Positions 62,175 to 64,000 of a stretch of 64,000 nucleotides of DNA are shown one piece after another. The translations under genes and the position numbers were made by a program. The stretch lies in the NCBI GenBank assembly GCA_937897635.1, contig CALCQI010000006.1, positions 26,552 to 90,551 of the forward strand. Direction: 5' to 3'. The DNA comes from an uncultured Peptococcaceae bacterium (lineage in GTDB: Bacteria; Bacillota; Dehalobacteriia; UBA4068; UBA4997). Each line of letters begins with the position of its first letter. Position 1 is the first letter of the stretch. A model generated the notes under the pieces. That model ran no database searches. It was not told the DNA's origin and worked only from the letters and a program-made list of their open reading frames with translations.

Positions 62175-63278
62175 ATGGTTTTGACACTTTCAGCACGGGT
62201 ATTAAATATAGAGGATAAAGCAAAATTCAACAGATTTATGGAAACACACCCCAAGGGCCATGTTCTGCAAAGCTGGGAATGGGGAGAAGTAAAAGCGGTT
62301 ACGGGCTGGAAGCCCATTAGGGTAATGGTGGAGGATGAAAAAGGCAGCCCTGTTGCTGCCGTATCCCTTTTAAAACGCCGTTTGCCCGCAGGCATGGGAG
62401 CCATTTTTTATTCCCCCCGCGGCCCTGTTATAGATGCAGAAAACCTTGCGGCTTGGGATGTACTCACCCAAAAAGTGAAAGAGCTGGCTCACACAAACAA
62501 AGTTGTTTTTTGGAAATCGGACCCCGATGTAGATATAGATACGGAGCTGGGTACCACCTGGCAAAAAACCTTGCAAGCTTACGGCTTCAAAGCTGTGGAT
62601 AAGGGCGAGGGCTTTGAAGGTGTACAGCCGCGCTATGTTTTCCGTTTAGATATACACAACGATTTAGAAACACTGCTTGCGGCCTGCCACCAGAAAACAC
62701 GTTACAATATCCGTTTAGCGGCCAAAAAAGGTGTTAAAATAGTACGCAACCCGGGCAGGGAAGCTTTGCCCATTTTTTATAAAATTTTAGTGGAAACCGC
62801 CACGCGCGACCGTTTTTTGATTCGCCCTTATAGTTATTTTGAAGGCTTTTATGATAATCTTAAACCTGCAGGCCAGGCTGAGCTTTTCATGGCTTATTTG
62901 GATGATGAGCCCATTTCGGGCACGCTTGCCTTTAAAATGGGTAATAAGGCTTGGTATATTTACGGGGCTTCCAGCAACAAGCACCGCAATTATATGCCAA
63001 ACTATCTTATCCAGTGGTCTATGATAGAATGGGCCAAGGAAAATAACTGTACTATGTACGATTTCCGCGGCGTACCCGGCGATGTAGGCAAAGACCACCC
63101 TCTTTACGGACTTGTCAAATTCAAGCGTGGTTTTGGCGGTAAATACACCTGTTTCATTGGTGAGTACGATTTAGTATACAGGCCGTTCATGAATAAAATC
63201 TATAGCATTGCCGAACCTGCTTACCAAAAGTTGGTGCGGGTACTTATTCGTTACAAAAAAAAGCTTAAAGGCAAGTAA
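62175..63278 (+). CDS. FemAB/FemX-family peptidoglycan interpeptide-bridge aminoacyltransferase
   Basis: HPKGHVLQSWEWGEVK..., RYNIRLAAKKG..., FKRGFGG motifs. The start could be ATG 62175 or TTG 62181. Confidence 0.8.
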   Translation: MVLTLSARVLNIEDKAKFNRFMETHPKGHVLQSWEWGEVKAVTGWKPIRVMVEDEKGSPVAAVSLLKRRLPAGMGAIFYSPRGPVIDAENLAAWDVLTQKVKELAHTNKVVFWKSDPDVDIDTELGTTWQKTLQAYGFKAVDKGEGFEGVQPRYVFRLDIHNDLETLLAACHQKTRYNIRLAAKKGVKIVRNPGREALPIFYKILVETATRDRFLIRPYSYFEGFYDNLKPAGQAELFMAYLDDEPISGTLAFKMGNKAWYIYGASSNKHRNYMPNYLIQWSMIEWAKENNCTMYDFRGVPGDVGKDHPLYGLVKFKRGFGGKYTCFIGEYDLVYRPFMNKIYSIAEPAYQKLVRVLIRYKKKLKGK

Positions 63279-63295
63279 AAAGCAAGGAGGCGCCT

Positions 63296-64000
63296 ATGCT
63301 TAGTTATAACCGTTGGGTAGAGGTGGATTTGGATATTCTGGCTGCAAACTACCATGCCATGCGTGAATTTTTGCCGCATCAAACAGCCATTATGGCGGTT
63401 GTAAAAAACAATGCCTACGGACACGGCGCTGTGGAAACAGCTAAGCTTTTTCAAGCGGAAGGTGTGGCCATGCTTGCCGTAACTACCTTGGATGAAGGCG
63501 TAGAGCTGCGTTTGGCTGGCATAGAAATACCCATACTGGTTTTTGCTCCCGTTTTAAAGGATGAAGCCGATGCCTTCTTCAAGTGGGATCTTACCCCATC
63601 CATAGGTAATACGGAAGGCCTTTTTGCTTTAGCGGAAACCGCAGGTTCAAGGCAGATAAATTGTCATTTAAAAGTGAATACGGGCATGAGCCGCATGGGC
63701 ATTGAACCAAACCACGCGGCGGAACTTGTAGATACGGCAACTCGTTTTGAAAATATACATATAACAGCTGTTTATTCCCATTTTGCCACAGCTTTGGAAG
63801 CGGATTTGAATTTTGCCAAAAAACAGCTTGCGGTTTTTCGCCATGTACAGGAGGATATTCGTGCCTTAGGCGGTAAGGAGCTTGTTTACCACATTTGCAA
63901 CAGTGCCGTGGCTTTGCGTTTGCCTGAAGCACGCCTACAGATGGTAAGGCTGGGTTCCGTATTATATGGACAATGCTCCTTCGCTGAGGAATTTGGCCTT
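63296..64000 (+). CDS. alr: Alanine racemase, N-terminal 235 aa (runs off the right edge)
   Basis: Not in the ORF track because there is no stop. My translation: MLSYNRWVEVDLDILAANY...AVVKNNAYGHG (PLP Lys)...KVNTGMSRMG...YSHFA...ICNSA. AAGGAGG RBS. Confidence 0.85.
   Translation, partial: MLSYNRWVEVDLDILAANYHAMREFLPHQTAIMAVVKNNAYGHGAVETAKLFQAEGVAMLAVTTLDEGVELRLAGIEIPILVFAPVLKDEADAFFKWDLTPSIGNTEGLFALAETAGSRQINCHLKVNTGMSRMGIEPNHAAELVDTATRFENIHITAVYSHFATALEADLNFAKKQLAVFRHVQEDIRALGGKELVYHICNSAVALRLPEARLQMVRLGSVLYGQCSFAEEFGL

Noticed and set aside
63591-63932. 113-aa minus-strand ORF at the right edge
   Set aside because: It is antisense within the clearly recognisable alanine racemase frame, which runs off the window and is therefore missing from the ORF track.

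Overview
This window looks like core chromosome from an anaerobic, endospore-forming Firmicute (Clostridia-like). Supporting signs are SLH-anchored surface proteins, spoIID and a spoIIQ-like gene, GGAGG-type RBSs, and AT-rich intergenic DNA carrying textbook TTGACA-17-TATAAT promoters. I saw no transposase, integrase, cas or phage genes.

Gene content, left to right:
- hydC-hydB-hydA [FeFe]-hydrogenase operon. hydA is cut by the window edge. HydB is fused to a GltD/NfnB-like module.
- A roughly 1 kb AT-rich spacer.
- An arsR / permease / thioredoxin-like / AhpD-like module, facing an ArsS-like gene that has lost its radical-SAM Cys motif.
- A 997-aa SLH surface protein, then an NTPase and an XdhC-family gene.
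- A Mn2+ (yybP-ykoY) riboswitch with mntP, then tRNA-Thr(GGU).
- A lemA/TPM pair, a 728-aa secreted protein, and glpK.
- A seven-gene operon: double-cubane-like Fe-S protein, corrinoid protein, molybdopterin oxidoreductase, MtaA-like methyltransferase, and a NitT/TauT-type ABC importer.
- A 52-aa ORF absent from the ORF track, and a pair of 31-bp direct repeats.
- A NusG-II protein, trxA, class II RNR nrdJ, and type III glutamine synthetase.
- A free-standing candidate sRNA of about 200 nt.
- spoIIQ-like, spoIID and murA, then the complete atpZ-I-B-E-F-H-A-G-D-C operon.
- A Bacillus-like ywl block: wecB, dCMP deaminase, glyA, ywlG, rpiB, ywlE, tsaC, prmC, prfA.
- DUF1385, rpmE, a radical SAM gene, LysM-M23, fba, a zinc-ribbon protein, femAB-like, and the start of alr.

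The best candidate for an undescribed system is the corrinoid/molybdopterin/MtaA operon at 21.5-29.4 kb. A cytoplasmic Mo/W-bisPGD-type enzyme is translationally coupled between the corrinoid protein and the Zn methyltransferase, exactly where a substrate-specific methyltransferase normally sits.

Secondary leads:
- the HydB-NfnB fusion;
- the sRNA at 35.7-35.9 kb;
- the GC-rich noncoding island at 52.3-52.8 kb;
- the Cys-motif-less ArsS homologue.

All family assignments come from reading motifs by eye. No database search was run.
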